In this document: in pieces, positions 9,871 through 18,129 of the stretch | Numbering within the stretch: the stretch's first letter is position 1 | Layout: each line of letters opens with the position of its first letter | Origin: a virus | Lineage: Duplodnaviria > Caudoviricetes | Direction: 5' to 3' (one strand) | Length of the DNA stretch: 35,693 nucleotides | Virus record (IMG/VR): IMGVR_UViG_3300032247_000044 | Location: 1-35,693 of that record | Made by a program: the position numbers and the translations under genes | Notes under the pieces: generated by a model | Told to the model about the DNA's origin: nothing | Database searches by the model: none | Seen by the model: only the letters and a program-made list of their open reading frames with translations

Positions 9871-10888
9871 ATTCGACGAGCTGCCGGAAGGAATCGAAAG
9901 CAGCGATGTAATTGAATTGCGTAAAGCGCTTATGCGCACGCAAAAGAAACTAATGGAGACTAAACAAAAGGTAGATGACCTAGTTGCGGCTACGCACACA
10001 GCTGCATACGACGCTACATTAGCCGCCGGCAAAATTGCCAATGTTCCGGAGCCAAAATTACATAAAAATAAAAAGAAGCCGGAAGTAGCATTGTGGCATT
10101 TAACAGATTGGCAAGGAGCTAAAAAAACTACCTCCTACAACAGCGAAATAATGCGCGATAGGGTATTGGCATTCGCTGAAAAGGCAGTACGAATTACAGA
10201 CATTCACCGAGCTGACCACCCAGTAGACGAAGTATTTATCTTATTCGGCGGAGACATGATTGAAGGCCTCTTCAATTTCCCTAGCCAAGCGTTTGAAATC
10301 GACTCGACATTATTCGAGCAGTATGTGAATGTAAGCCGGTTATGCGTAGATGTAGTTAGATACGCGCTGGCAAACTACAAGAAGGTAACAGTCGTTCCGG
10401 AATGGGGAAATCATGGCCGGATTGGTTCTAAACGCGATAATGTTCCTCGCTCCGACAATTTTGACCGGATGTGCTATGAGTTGGCAAAGCAACTCCTACA
10501 AGGAGAAAAGCGACTCACATGGCAAGACTGCCCGGAAGACATACAGAGAGTGGAAATCGGAACCTATCGAGCGCTCTTGATACATGGAGACGAAGTAGGG
10601 CGCAATGGATTCGCCTCACCCGGCGCGATTGTGCAACACGCTAACCGCTGGCGAAGCGGCTCATACCCTTGGGAATTCAGAGATGTGTACATCGGCCATT
10701 ACCATACGCACGCAGAGTGGGCGATGGCTAACGGACAAGGCTCGGTCTATCAAACGGGCAGCACCGAAAGCGACAACAGATACGCCGGAGTAATGCTGGC
10801 AGCGAGCGCAACGCCATCACAGCGACTACATTTTATTGACCCGGTAAAAGGCCGCGTCACAGCTGGATACAAAGTGTGGTTAGACTAA
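9854..10888 (+). CDS. Calcineurin-like metallophosphoesterase with N-terminal coiled coil
   Basis: TDWQ, GGDMIEG, GNHGR, HGD and GHYH metal-binding motifs. Confidence 0.85.
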   Translation: MSLQDKFDELPEGIESSDVIELRKALMRTQKKLMETKQKVDDLVAATHTAAYDATLAAGKIANVPEPKLHKNKKKPEVALWHLTDWQGAKKTTSYNSEIMRDRVLAFAEKAVRITDIHRADHPVDEVFILFGGDMIEGLFNFPSQAFEIDSTLFEQYVNVSRLCVDVVRYALANYKKVTVVPEWGNHGRIGSKRDNVPRSDNFDRMCYELAKQLLQGEKRLTWQDCPEDIQRVEIGTYRALLIHGDEVGRNGFASPGAIVQHANRWRSGSYPWEFRDVYIGHYHTHAEWAMANGQGSVYQTGSTESDNRYAGVMLAASATPSQRLHFIDPVKGRVTAGYKVWLD

Positions 10889-11043
10889 TGGAAAAAACGC
10901 TCGAAATGCACCTAGCCGAACAGCGCGACGCGATTTACACAGCGGTATTAGATTTACAACCGCCGGAGCCGCTCGACTGGATGGGTAAATTATTTTTTGA
11001 ACAGGCTAGAATTCGATTTGCTAAAGCGGTATTGGAGGCGTAG
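10888..11043 (+). CDS. Hypothetical 51-aa protein (not in ORF track)
   Basis: TAATG coupling; MEKTLEMHLAEQRDAI...KAVLEA; fills the gap exactly. Confidence 0.65.
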   Translation: MEKTLEMHLAEQRDAIYTAVLDLQPPEPLDWMGKLFFEQARIRFAKAVLEA

Positions 11044-11217
11044 ATGTCACCTTTTTACGAATTTAAGTGCGAAAAATGCTTGCGGCTAGAAGAGCATTAT
11101 TTCAGTTTCCAGGAGGAGCATAAAGTGGATTGCCCGAACTGCAAAGAGGGAATGAACAAAGTCATTCAGGCTACGCCGGCTATTTTTACAGGAGGTGGCT
11201 GGGGCGGAAAACCCTAG
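11044..11217 (+). CDS. FmdB-family zinc-ribbon protein, 57 aa (not in ORF track)
   Basis: MSPFYEFKCEKC...CPNC...MNKV...PAIFTGGGWGG; GGAGG RBS. Confidence 0.8.
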   Translation: MSPFYEFKCEKCLRLEEHYFSFQEEHKVDCPNCKEGMNKVIQATPAIFTGGGWGGKP

Positions 11218-11804
11218 CCATTAGTAATCCAAGACTTACCATGAGTATTTTGCAAAGCGAACTGGACAGCGCCGCCGGAGTAAATGTCGTATTTGATTGC
11301 TGTGTTTACAGCTGCTTCAACAATCTCTACAGCCTCTTCCCACTCATCAACATCAGCAACGCCAAGAGCGTCGGCAGCACCGAGGGCTAACTCCATACCT
11401 GTACCGGTTACATAAACGCGATTAGAAGTGCGCTCAATTCCGTAGGCCTCGTCAATTAAATACAAAACGCCATTAACGGCAATAATGAACTCGTTATCGT
11501 GCTGCGCAACATCGCCGTCGTCTTTCATGTCGTAACCGGCTGCTTGAAAACACTTACGCAAGGCCGGAACAAATTGCGTGACCATAAATTTATCAAGGTT
11601 GGAACGGGGCGGAGGAGGAGGAGTAAAAGAATGCTGAATCAGATTCATTCCGCGAACAAGACCCGCAGCTGCAACAAGGTATTTACCATTCTGAGCAATC
11701 TTGCCCATTGGAGAACAGTCGGCAGACAAATGGTAAGAAGTGGTTTGAGAATCCCCGGCAATTAGACACCAGTCTTCATGTTGAACGGCTATTAGTGTGG
11801 TCAT
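11214..11804 (-). CDS. Ntn-hydrolase, HslV/proteasome beta-subunit-like peptidase
   Basis: N-terminal M-T-T nucleophile, GDSQ, GKI, GTG (GSG equivalent) and DIYSGG motifs. Confidence 0.8.
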   Translation of the reverse strand: MTTLIAVQHEDWCLIAGDSQTTSYHLSADCSPMGKIAQNGKYLVAAAGLVRGMNLIQHSFTPPPPPRSNLDKFMVTQFVPALRKCFQAAGYDMKDDGDVAQHDNEFIIAVNGVLYLIDEAYGIERTSNRVYVTGTGMELALGAADALGVADVDEWEEAVEIVEAAVNTAIKYDIYSGGAVQFALQNTHGKSWITNG

Positions 11805-11869
11805 AAGGCAATCCTCTCATACGACACGCACCAAAATAAGATTACACAAAGAGACCATAATCCGAGAAA

Positions 11870-11933
11870 GTAAGGCACAATTAGCCGCAACAGGTTCCAA
11901 CACCGGAACCCAAAACGCAGGAAGGCATAGAAA
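11870..11933 (+). promoter_or_regulatory. Putative early promoter/leader, copy 1
   Basis: GTAAGGCACAATT-N6-AACAG, hairpin GGTTCC/GGAACC, AGGAAGG RBS; same layout at 16320. Confidence 0.5.
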
Positions 11934-12494
11934 ATGGCTGGAAAGTTTAACCTCGAAGAGTACGAGACAGTTGAAAGCAGATTGGCAAAGTTTTGGGCAG
12001 ACCACCCAAACGGCCGAACTTGGACAGATAAAGTGTTCCAAGATGAACGCAGTTTTATTGTCAAGGCAGAGATTTATTTTGACAAAGATGACATCAATCC
12101 AACAGCGACAGGTTACGCGGAAGAGATTATTAACGCTTCTCCTGTTAATAGAACATCAGCATTAGAAAACTGTGAGACCTCGGCTCTAGGCCGCGCATTA
12201 GCGAATTGCAATTACGCTTCTCAGGGCAAGCGAGCAAGCCGCGAAGAAATGGAAAAGGTCGAACGCTACCAAGCTGAACCGCGTAAGCCGATTAAAAGCA
12301 AGGAGCCGAAAGTCTACGCGCCGGAAGAAATCACAGCTGCAAAAATGGCGCTAGAAGAATTGCCTATCCTACAAAGCAAACAGGAAGCAACGGCATTTTG
12401 GAATAACCGGAAAGATATTTTAGATGTACCAGTAGACGGAACAACCTTAAAAGACGCGCTAGTAAAATTAGCCGGAGAAAAGGGTTGGATGTAA
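11934..12494 (+). CDS. Probable single-strand annealing (Rad52/Sak-like) recombination protein
   Basis: YETVESR...ATGYAEE...TSALENCETSALGRAL...ASREEM motif; upstream of exonuclease. Confidence 0.55.
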   Translation: MAGKFNLEEYETVESRLAKFWADHPNGRTWTDKVFQDERSFIVKAEIYFDKDDINPTATGYAEEIINASPVNRTSALENCETSALGRALANCNYASQGKRASREEMEKVERYQAEPRKPIKSKEPKVYAPEEITAAKMALEELPILQSKQEATAFWNNRKDILDVPVDGTTLKDALVKLAGEKGWM

Positions 12495-12868
12495 TGGGAG
12501 AGTTGGTATTGCCTCTCACTCCCTACGCGGGTACAAGCGGCTGGCAGGGAAGCGATGCCAGCCGCGACCGGGTATTGGAAGACGACAAGAGCGGATTAAC
12601 GGCACATTGTCAGCGCATAAGCCTGTACCGCGTACAAACGCAGGGCGAGCGCGGCCTCACATGGAAAGAATTAGGCGAAATTGAGAATTGGCACGCCGGA
12701 CAATCCAGCGGCTCGTTATCTGTGCTACATAAAGAAGGCTACATTTACCGCTTGAAAGAAAAGCGTAACCGCTGTTCAGTTTATGTAACGGAAGAATTCA
12801 TAAACGGAAGAGAAATATCAGAGCGCAAGGTACAAGACACTTGCAAACATTGTGGAGGAAAACTATGA
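12494..12868 (+). CDS. Putative winged-helix DNA-binding protein with C-terminal CxxC
   Basis: GLTWKEL...HAGQSSGSLSVLHKEG...L...RNRCSVYV; CKHCG; coupled start. Confidence 0.55.
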   Translation: MGELVLPLTPYAGTSGWQGSDASRDRVLEDDKSGLTAHCQRISLYRVQTQGERGLTWKELGEIENWHAGQSSGSLSVLHKEGYIYRLKEKRNRCSVYVTEEFINGREISERKVQDTCKHCGGKL

Positions 12869-13170
12869 GCGACAAGACTAAGAAATTCGAACCGACTACG
12901 GGTTGGCTCGTTGCAATCAATCATCAGCAAGTCAGTATCCATCGGTTAGCCGAAGCGCTAAAAATGGACGCGGTAGAAGTCGGAAAAGGCCTCGACGCAG
13001 CTGGCTACCAATTAACTCCCGACCCATTCGGCTATGCCTCAGACTCATGGAAAGTATTGGAGATTGAGAAGCGCAAGGCAAAGGAGCATTTGTCTGTCGT
13101 ACAAGATAAAGCAGACATAGCCGAAAGCGTCAGCGAATTGGATGAGGAGGAAATGGAGAATGAGCAGTAA
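12865..13170 (+). CDS. Hypothetical protein
   Basis: GGAGG RBS; ATGA overlap. Confidence 0.6.
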   Translation: MSDKTKKFEPTTGWLVAINHQQVSIHRLAEALKMDAVEVGKGLDAAGYQLTPDPFGYASDSWKVLEIEKRKAKEHLSVVQDKADIAESVSELDEEEMENEQ

Positions 13171-13516
13171 TGTAGTTACGCCGGCGCAAGTCGAAAAACG
13201 ACTCTACGACCTCAGCAAACTAGTAGACGAAGCGCATGACTATTTCGCCTCTACGGAACATAAATACCAAACGACAAAAGCCGAATACGAAATTGCGATG
13301 GCTAAGTCAAAGATTAAAAACTCGCACCCGGATTTGAAGATGACTGTTGCGCTCGGAGAAGCGACAGCGGTAGTTGAGAATCAGGATTTACGCCGGGCGC
13401 TGGCTATTGCAGAAGCGGAAGTCAAAGCTGCAAAAGAAAACAGCAACAGAATTCGCACTCAGGTAGACATAGCACGCAGTATTTCGGTATCGGTGAGAGC
13501 GAGCATGGAAGTATGA
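13160..13516 (+). CDS. Coiled-coil hypothetical protein
   Basis: GAGGAGG upstream; all-helical heptad sequence. Confidence 0.6.
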   Translation: MSSNVVTPAQVEKRLYDLSKLVDEAHDYFASTEHKYQTTKAEYEIAMAKSKIKNSHPDLKMTVALGEATAVVENQDLRRALAIAEAEVKAAKENSNRIRTQVDIARSISVSVRASMEV

Positions 13517-13650
13517 GCGAAGGAGTAGAAGACAAACTCACGCACACAGCTGAGCAAGCGTTCATTGACGCATACAAGAAGAAGCACCCGGAATTAGATG
13601 ACTCAGCAATTAGGGCAGCACTCAAACTATTCGGACAAATGCATGATTGA
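13513..13650 (+). CDS. Hypothetical 45-aa protein (not in ORF track)
   Basis: ATGA overlap; MSEGVEDKLTHTAEQAF...GQMHD. Confidence 0.55.
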   Translation: MSEGVEDKLTHTAEQAFIDAYKKKHPELDDSAIRAALKLFGQMHD

Positions 13651-13903
13651 GCGAATCGCGTTATACGACCAAGCGCTCGCATTTATTCGCCAAGACGCAA
13701 GAGACCTAGTAGTACACGATTCAGGATTACGCAATCTCGACGGCGGAACAGGAGTCAATGCGTGGGAAATAATTGCGCACGAATTCGAGCATTATTGGCG
13801 GCAAGTGATCGGCGAAGAGATTGCAAAAGTATTTGGAATAGACCCTCTAAACCCTGATGTATTACTACTAACGATTTGGAAGAGCGATGACAGACCTAAA
13901 TGA
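13643..13903 (+). CDS. Hypothetical protein
   Basis: Overlaps both neighbours; MIERIALYDQ... Confidence 0.55.
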   Translation: MIERIALYDQALAFIRQDARDLVVHDSGLRNLDGGTGVNAWEIIAHEFEHYWRQVIGEEIAKVFGIDPLNPDVLLLTIWKSDDRPK

Positions 13904-14555
13904 ATTATTGGCTAAAAGCCTGAATGCATACGATAAAAACCGAGACCGAAGCAAGCAAGTAGAAGTCGGTCCATCTAGTGTCGGAGGCTGCCGTCGGCAG
14001 GTGTTCTACCAGCTGCAAGAAGCACCGAAGACAAACCCGGATACCGAAAGCCTAGCCGCAATTCTCGGTACTTTCATACACTCAGGAATTGCCGAAGCAA
14101 TTAAACGCGAAGACCCGTTCGGAGAAAATTTCTTAATCGAACAAGAGTTCGAATACGACGGGCTAAAAGGGCATTGTGATTTATTTATTAAAGACATTGG
14201 ACTAGTCGTAGATTGGAAGACGACAAAGAAGAAAAGCCTACGCTACTTTCCTAGCGAGCAGCAAAGGTGGCAAGTGCAACTGTATGGCTGGTTGCTCAGT
14301 AAAAATGGCTATACAGTAAATGATGTATCACTCGTCGCTGTTGCAAGAGACGGCGACATGGCAGACATTAGAAGTCACCGGGAACCTTATGACGAAGCAG
14401 CTGCATTAGCAGCTATCGCATGGTTAGACGAAGTAAAAGAAATGGCGGCTAAAAACGAAGCACCGGCTCCGGAGAAGTGGTCAGGATTTTGCGCTAACTA
14501 TTGCAATTACTATGATGCGAGCGGAGAAGTCGGATGTCCGGGTACGACAAAGTAA
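13887..14555 (+). CDS. Cas4-like PD-(D/E)XK exonuclease
   Basis: GPSSVGGCRR, GTFIH, E..GHCD...VDWKT, QVQLY and C-terminal C..YC...C (Fe-S-type Cys). Confidence 0.85.
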   Translation: MTDLNELLAKSLNAYDKNRDRSKQVEVGPSSVGGCRRQVFYQLQEAPKTNPDTESLAAILGTFIHSGIAEAIKREDPFGENFLIEQEFEYDGLKGHCDLFIKDIGLVVDWKTTKKKSLRYFPSEQQRWQVQLYGWLLSKNGYTVNDVSLVAVARDGDMADIRSHREPYDEAAALAAIAWLDEVKEMAAKNEAPAPEKWSGFCANYCNYYDASGEVGCPGTTK

Positions 14556-14935
14556 ATTGGAGTAAGGGAGCGTGTGACGGCGCTCCCGTAAGTCTCTTTT
14601 ACATACTAGAAGAAAACAGAGCTGCAAGTAATTGGCTCGATACGGAAGCGATTAGAAGAGTATGCGGCGGCTGCCCGATTTGGAAAGAGTGCCTGAATTA
14701 CGCAATGGGCAGCGAAGATTATGGAATGTGGGGCGGGTTGCTAACGAAGGAGCGGAGCGCATTGAAAAAACGCGATGGCTCACAGCTGCGCGAAAACGCG
14801 ATACGAGCATTGACCCAATACGGCATTTCAAGAGAAGAAATAGAGGCTATTGCAGATGAGCATTCGAGTGATGAGCGAAGTGTGGAGAACGAATCTACCG
14901 ACAACAGAGAAGATGATTCTCCTAGTAATCGCTGA
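14534..14935 (+). CDS. whiB: WhiB-family Fe-S transcription regulator
   Basis: W..GAC...CGGCPIWKEC...YGMWGGL...ER four-Cys WhiB signature. Confidence 0.9.
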   Translation: MSGYDKVNWSKGACDGAPVSLFYILEENRAASNWLDTEAIRRVCGGCPIWKECLNYAMGSEDYGMWGGLLTKERSALKKRDGSQLRENAIRALTQYGISREEIEAIADEHSSDERSVENESTDNREDDSPSNR

Positions 14936-15656
14936 CCACGCAACAGACGAAGGAGACAATGCATGGCCAAGCCAACTGACGATTGCGACGCGAGCAAGCT
15001 GCAATGTCCGAACAGTACAAAGGAGCATTAACGAGCTGGTGGCAAAAGGTTACCTTTGGGTCGAGAAGCGAGGAGGCGGCTCGGCTAATTGCAGAGATGA
15101 CCGCCGGCCTCACCGATACACGATAGTCCTAAAAAAACTACGAGACGACAAATTGCCGCCGCGTAAAGAAAACCGGGGCGACATTGACGACGCTAACGAG
15201 GCGACAATGACGACGGGAACGGGGCGACTTTCACGACCCATGAAACACCCTATAGAAACACCCATAGAAACACCCGGAGAATTCGATAATTTTTGGAAAG
15301 CATTTCCAAGGAAAACGGCGAAGGGCGCGGCAAGAAAAGCATGGGAGAAATTGACGGCTGACGACCAGCTGGCAGCAATCGCCGGGGCGCAGCGATTTGC
15401 GGCTGACCCGAACCGAGATGAAACATTCACTCCTCACCCGGCTACATGGCTTAACGGAGAGCGGTGGCTAGATGAGCCTCTACCACCCCGTAAACTCACT
15501 CAGGAGGAGATTAGAGACAGGGAAAAGGCTGAGGCTAGGGAAAGGGCTACAAAGGAGCGAGAAGCGGCTCAGAGGCTCGTAGAACTGGATAATGCGGCAA
15601 AGGCAAAAGCGGTGCCTATGCCCGAAAGTCTCAAAGAATTATTGAAGCGTGTTTAG
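14856..15656 (+). CDS. Replication initiator (N-terminal HTH, replisome-organiser-like)
   Basis: EKMILLVIADHA...AWPSQLTIA...RTVQRSINEL wHTH; FDNFWKAFPRK..K..A.KAW...PHPATWLNGERW C-terminal domain. Confidence 0.82.
   Translation: MSIRVMSEVWRTNLPTTEKMILLVIADHATDEGDNAWPSQLTIATRASCNVRTVQRSINELVAKGYLWVEKRGGGSANCRDDRRPHRYTIVLKKLRDDKLPPRKENRGDIDDANEATMTTGTGRLSRPMKHPIETPIETPGEFDNFWKAFPRKTAKGAARKAWEKLTADDQLAAIAGAQRFAADPNRDETFTPHPATWLNGERWLDEPLPPRKLTQEEIRDREKAEARERATKEREAAQRLVELDNAAKAKAVPMPESLKELLKRV
15242..15275 (+). repeat. Three direct GAAACACCC repeats (candidate origin iterons)
   Basis: GAAACACCC at 15242, 15255 and 15267, within the initiator linker. Confidence 0.55.
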
Positions 15657-15685
15657 TTGCTCAGATTATCCGTAAGGGTTACACT
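15657..15685 (+). promoter_or_regulatory. Putative sigma70/SigA-type promoter
   Basis: TTGCTC-17 nt-TACACT in the intergenic gap, followed by GGGAGG RBS. Confidence 0.5.
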
Positions 15686-15718
15686 AATGCGTAACCTAAC
15701 TCACAAAGGGAGGTGAGC

Positions 15719-15913
15719 ATGGGCAAGCAATTAGTACCCACCGACGCAGCCAAGCTGCAATTCGGCGACACAATTATCCTTAATTCTAAGGAATTGACAA
15801 TCAAAGGAATTATGGGTCCGGACAACATCGGAACCTACGATTTATTCCTCTACGATAACGAATTCAATTCCTCAACAGCGATTGTAAATGGCATAGTTAC
15901 ACTTGCTGTGTGA
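15719..15913 (+). CDS. Hypothetical small beta-rich protein
   Basis: GGAGG RBS; LQFGDTI motif; overlaps RusA start. Confidence 0.6.
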   Translation: MGKQLVPTDAAKLQFGDTIILNSKELTIKGIMGPDNIGTYDLFLYDNEFNSSTAIVNGIVTLAV

Positions 15914-16284
15914 TTGAATTCAGGGTAAATGGATTACCGGTTCCGCAAGGAAGCATGAAGGTAATTAACGGAAGAGTGCTGCACTCGCAAGGTAGCGCAC
16001 TCGCGGTTTGGCGTTCCACTATCGGCTGGGAAGCAACATTAGCCGGCTGCAAACCCGAAGAAGGCGCAATGAAAGTAACGCTGCTATTCATCATGCCGAG
16101 ACCAAAAACAATTAAACGGCCATCACCATCTGTTGCGCCGGATTTAGACAAGCTGACGAGAGCTGCACTCGACGCACTAACGGCGGTGGCTTACAAAGAC
16201 GACGGACAAGTAACTGAAATACATGCAATGAAAATCTACGGCGGTATGCCCGGATTAGAAGTGCGCGTAGAAAAAATAAATTAA
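15910..16284 (+). CDS. rusA: RusA-like Holliday junction resolvase
   Basis: GLPVPQGS, PDLDKL.RA.LDALT...YKDDGQV catalytic Asp motifs. Confidence 0.9.
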   Translation: MIEFRVNGLPVPQGSMKVINGRVLHSQGSALAVWRSTIGWEATLAGCKPEEGAMKVTLLFIMPRPKTIKRPSPSVAPDLDKLTRAALDALTAVAYKDDGQVTEIHAMKIYGGMPGLEVRVEKIN

Positions 16285-16319
16285 AAAAACTTTCCAAAAG
16301 AGCAGACAAATTACAAAAT

Positions 16320-16378
16320 GTAAGGCAGAATTCAACCTAACAGAGACAAACAAAGTCTCCCAACAGTTAGGAAAGCAA
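16320..16378 (+). promoter_or_regulatory. Putative early promoter/leader, copy 2
   Basis: GTAAGGCAGAATT-N6-AACAG, hairpin GAGAC/GTCTC, AGGAAAG RBS. Confidence 0.5.
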
Positions 16379-16645
16379 ATGCCATCAACAAAGAAAAACA
16401 TAGAAACAATAGAAAAAAAAGAAACTTATTACGACAAATACTATAAAAGTTTAGTCGGCGCAACAATTTTATCTTTTGATGGAATCAAAACAGATAATTT
16501 AGATGAAGAAGATTATCAAAGTGGATTCCCTACTTTTACAGTGCAGTTTGCCGATAAAACTATAAGTCAAATCGAAATCAGTCAAGACCCGGAAGGTAAC
16601 GGAGGAGGATTTATTTTCGGTTTAGCAATACCGGAAATAAAATAA
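16379..16645 (+). CDS. Hypothetical protein (AT-rich)
   Basis: RBS present; LVGATI...FP...SQDPEGNGGGFIF motif. Confidence 0.65.
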   Translation: MPSTKKNIETIEKKETYYDKYYKSLVGATILSFDGIKTDNLDEEDYQSGFPTFTVQFADKTISQIEISQDPEGNGGGFIFGLAIPEIK

Positions 16646-16652
16646 AATCATT

Positions 16653-17321
16653 ATGAAAACATTAAAATTATTAGATTTATACTGCAAAGCAGGAGGAGCA
16701 AGTCAAGGGTATCAAGAAGCAGGTTTCGAAGTTACGGGCGTGGACATAAAAAAACAAAAACGATACCCATTTGAATTTATTCAAGCAAACGCATTAGAAG
16801 TATTGGCAGATAAAAATTATTTATCTAATTTCGATGTTATCAGCGCCAGTCCTCCATGCCAGACTCATAGTATTACAAAACATTTACGAAACGCGCAAGG
16901 AAAAAATACACAAAAAATAGATTTAATTCCTCAAACTCGAACAGGTTTACAAGAATGGGGAGGTGTATACATTATTGAAAATGTACCCGGAGCTCCACTA
17001 ATTAACCCCGTAACATTATGTGGTTCTTCATTTAATTTGAAAGTGCGGCGACACAGGAATTTTGAATCAAACATTTCATTAAAAGGTTCTTTATGCAAAC
17101 ACAAAGAACAGGGAAAACCTATTGGTATTTATGGTTCGATGAAAGATGAAATTCCTAATGGAGGTCATACGGCAAAAACAATAGAAGAAGCAAGAATAGC
17201 CATGGGAATTCATTGGATGTTATGGAGTGAATTAGTAGAAGCAATACCGCCAATTTATACAAAAAATTTAGGAGAACAAATAATACAACAATACAAACCT
17301 CAAAATAGGGATACAAACTAA
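16653..17321 (+). CDS. Short C5 DNA cytosine methyltransferase
   Basis: Motif I LDLYCKAGG, GVDI, catalytic SPPCQ, ENV, RHRNFE, EAIPP. Confidence 0.85.
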   Translation: MKTLKLLDLYCKAGGASQGYQEAGFEVTGVDIKKQKRYPFEFIQANALEVLADKNYLSNFDVISASPPCQTHSITKHLRNAQGKNTQKIDLIPQTRTGLQEWGGVYIIENVPGAPLINPVTLCGSSFNLKVRRHRNFESNISLKGSLCKHKEQGKPIGIYGSMKDEIPNGGHTAKTIEEARIAMGIHWMLWSELVEAIPPIYTKNLGEQIIQQYKPQNRDTN

Positions 17322-17518
17322 TGAGTAGATTCATTGACGACGGAGCGGGAATTACATTCCTCACATCAGCAACATTGGAAGGCAGAATTGCTTCATTAGT
17401 ACGCAAGCTGCAGCCGGATACCGGCGTGGAATTCCTCGTTGGAGCAATAGCCTCAATCTGCACTAACGACCAATTAGAAGCGTTCGCTATGCACCTAGAA
17501 GAAATGAGTGCAAAATGA
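17321..17518 (+). CDS. Hypothetical protein
   Basis: TAATG coupling. Confidence 0.55.
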   Translation: MSRFIDDGAGITFLTSATLEGRIASLVRKLQPDTGVEFLVGAIASICTNDQLEAFAMHLEEMSAK

Positions 17519-17673
17519 GAATGGAACGCAAGTATGTAAAGCGACGCAGAGTATTAGCGGCAATCGTATTCCTCAGCCTGATTTGGGCTGGAAGCGAATT
17601 GACGACACCCAAGCAATGCAAAGTACCCGTATCCGAGATGAGCCAATTCTGTAAGGAGTTGTTATACCCATGA
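17515..17673 (+). CDS. Small membrane protein, 52 aa (not in ORF track)
   Basis: MRMERKYVKRRR-hydrophobic helix-TTPKQCKV...MSQFCKELLYP; ATGA overlaps at both ends. Confidence 0.65.
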   Translation: MRMERKYVKRRRVLAAIVFLSLIWAGSELTTPKQCKVPVSEMSQFCKELLYP

Positions 17674-18128
17674 GCCAATTAACACGCAAAGAAATCGACC
17701 TCATTGAAAAGATGGCAGCGGAAATTGAGAAGGCAGCCGCCGGAGACTCTGCCATGCTAAGAGCAATAGGAGTGATACGCGCTCCACTTAATCATAATTC
17801 GATTTGCCCATGCTCACTATGCACCAAATGGGAAATCCAAAGCTGCACAGACGAATGCGACAGGAATCGCAAAATTACACTACAAGAAGCCACGCAATTC
17901 GCAGAAATTCAGTATGTAGACCCTACTGACGAATTCGAGTGCGGCTGGTGCAATCAAGGCCGGAACACATGGAAGATAACGGAATTGTTATACGACGCGA
18001 AAAACGAATTCCCGGTTACTCCTTGCTGCCATACAGAGGCTACCGAGGCGTTCACATTCCCGGAAGACGAGAATGACCAGCAATTCGAAGACCGAGCAAG
18101 TTACATCTACTCAGTAACGGGGCGATAA
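17670..18128 (+). CDS. Cys-rich hypothetical protein
   Basis: AAGGAG RBS; CPCSLC, CTDEC, CGWC, PCC. Confidence 0.6.
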   Translation: MSQLTRKEIDLIEKMAAEIEKAAAGDSAMLRAIGVIRAPLNHNSICPCSLCTKWEIQSCTDECDRNRKITLQEATQFAEIQYVDPTDEFECGWCNQGRNTWKITELLYDAKNEFPVTPCCHTEATEAFTFPEDENDQQFEDRASYIYSVTGR

Positions 18129-18129
18129 A

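Noticed and set aside
11797-12165. 122-aa + strand ORF and two minus-strand ORFs over the divergent intergenic region
   Set aside because: They overlap the promoter region and the SSAP-like gene out of frame and show no motifs
13887-14555. Cas4-like gene as part of a CRISPR-Cas system
   Set aside because: No array or other cas genes; solo Cas4-like nucleases are common in phage recombination modules
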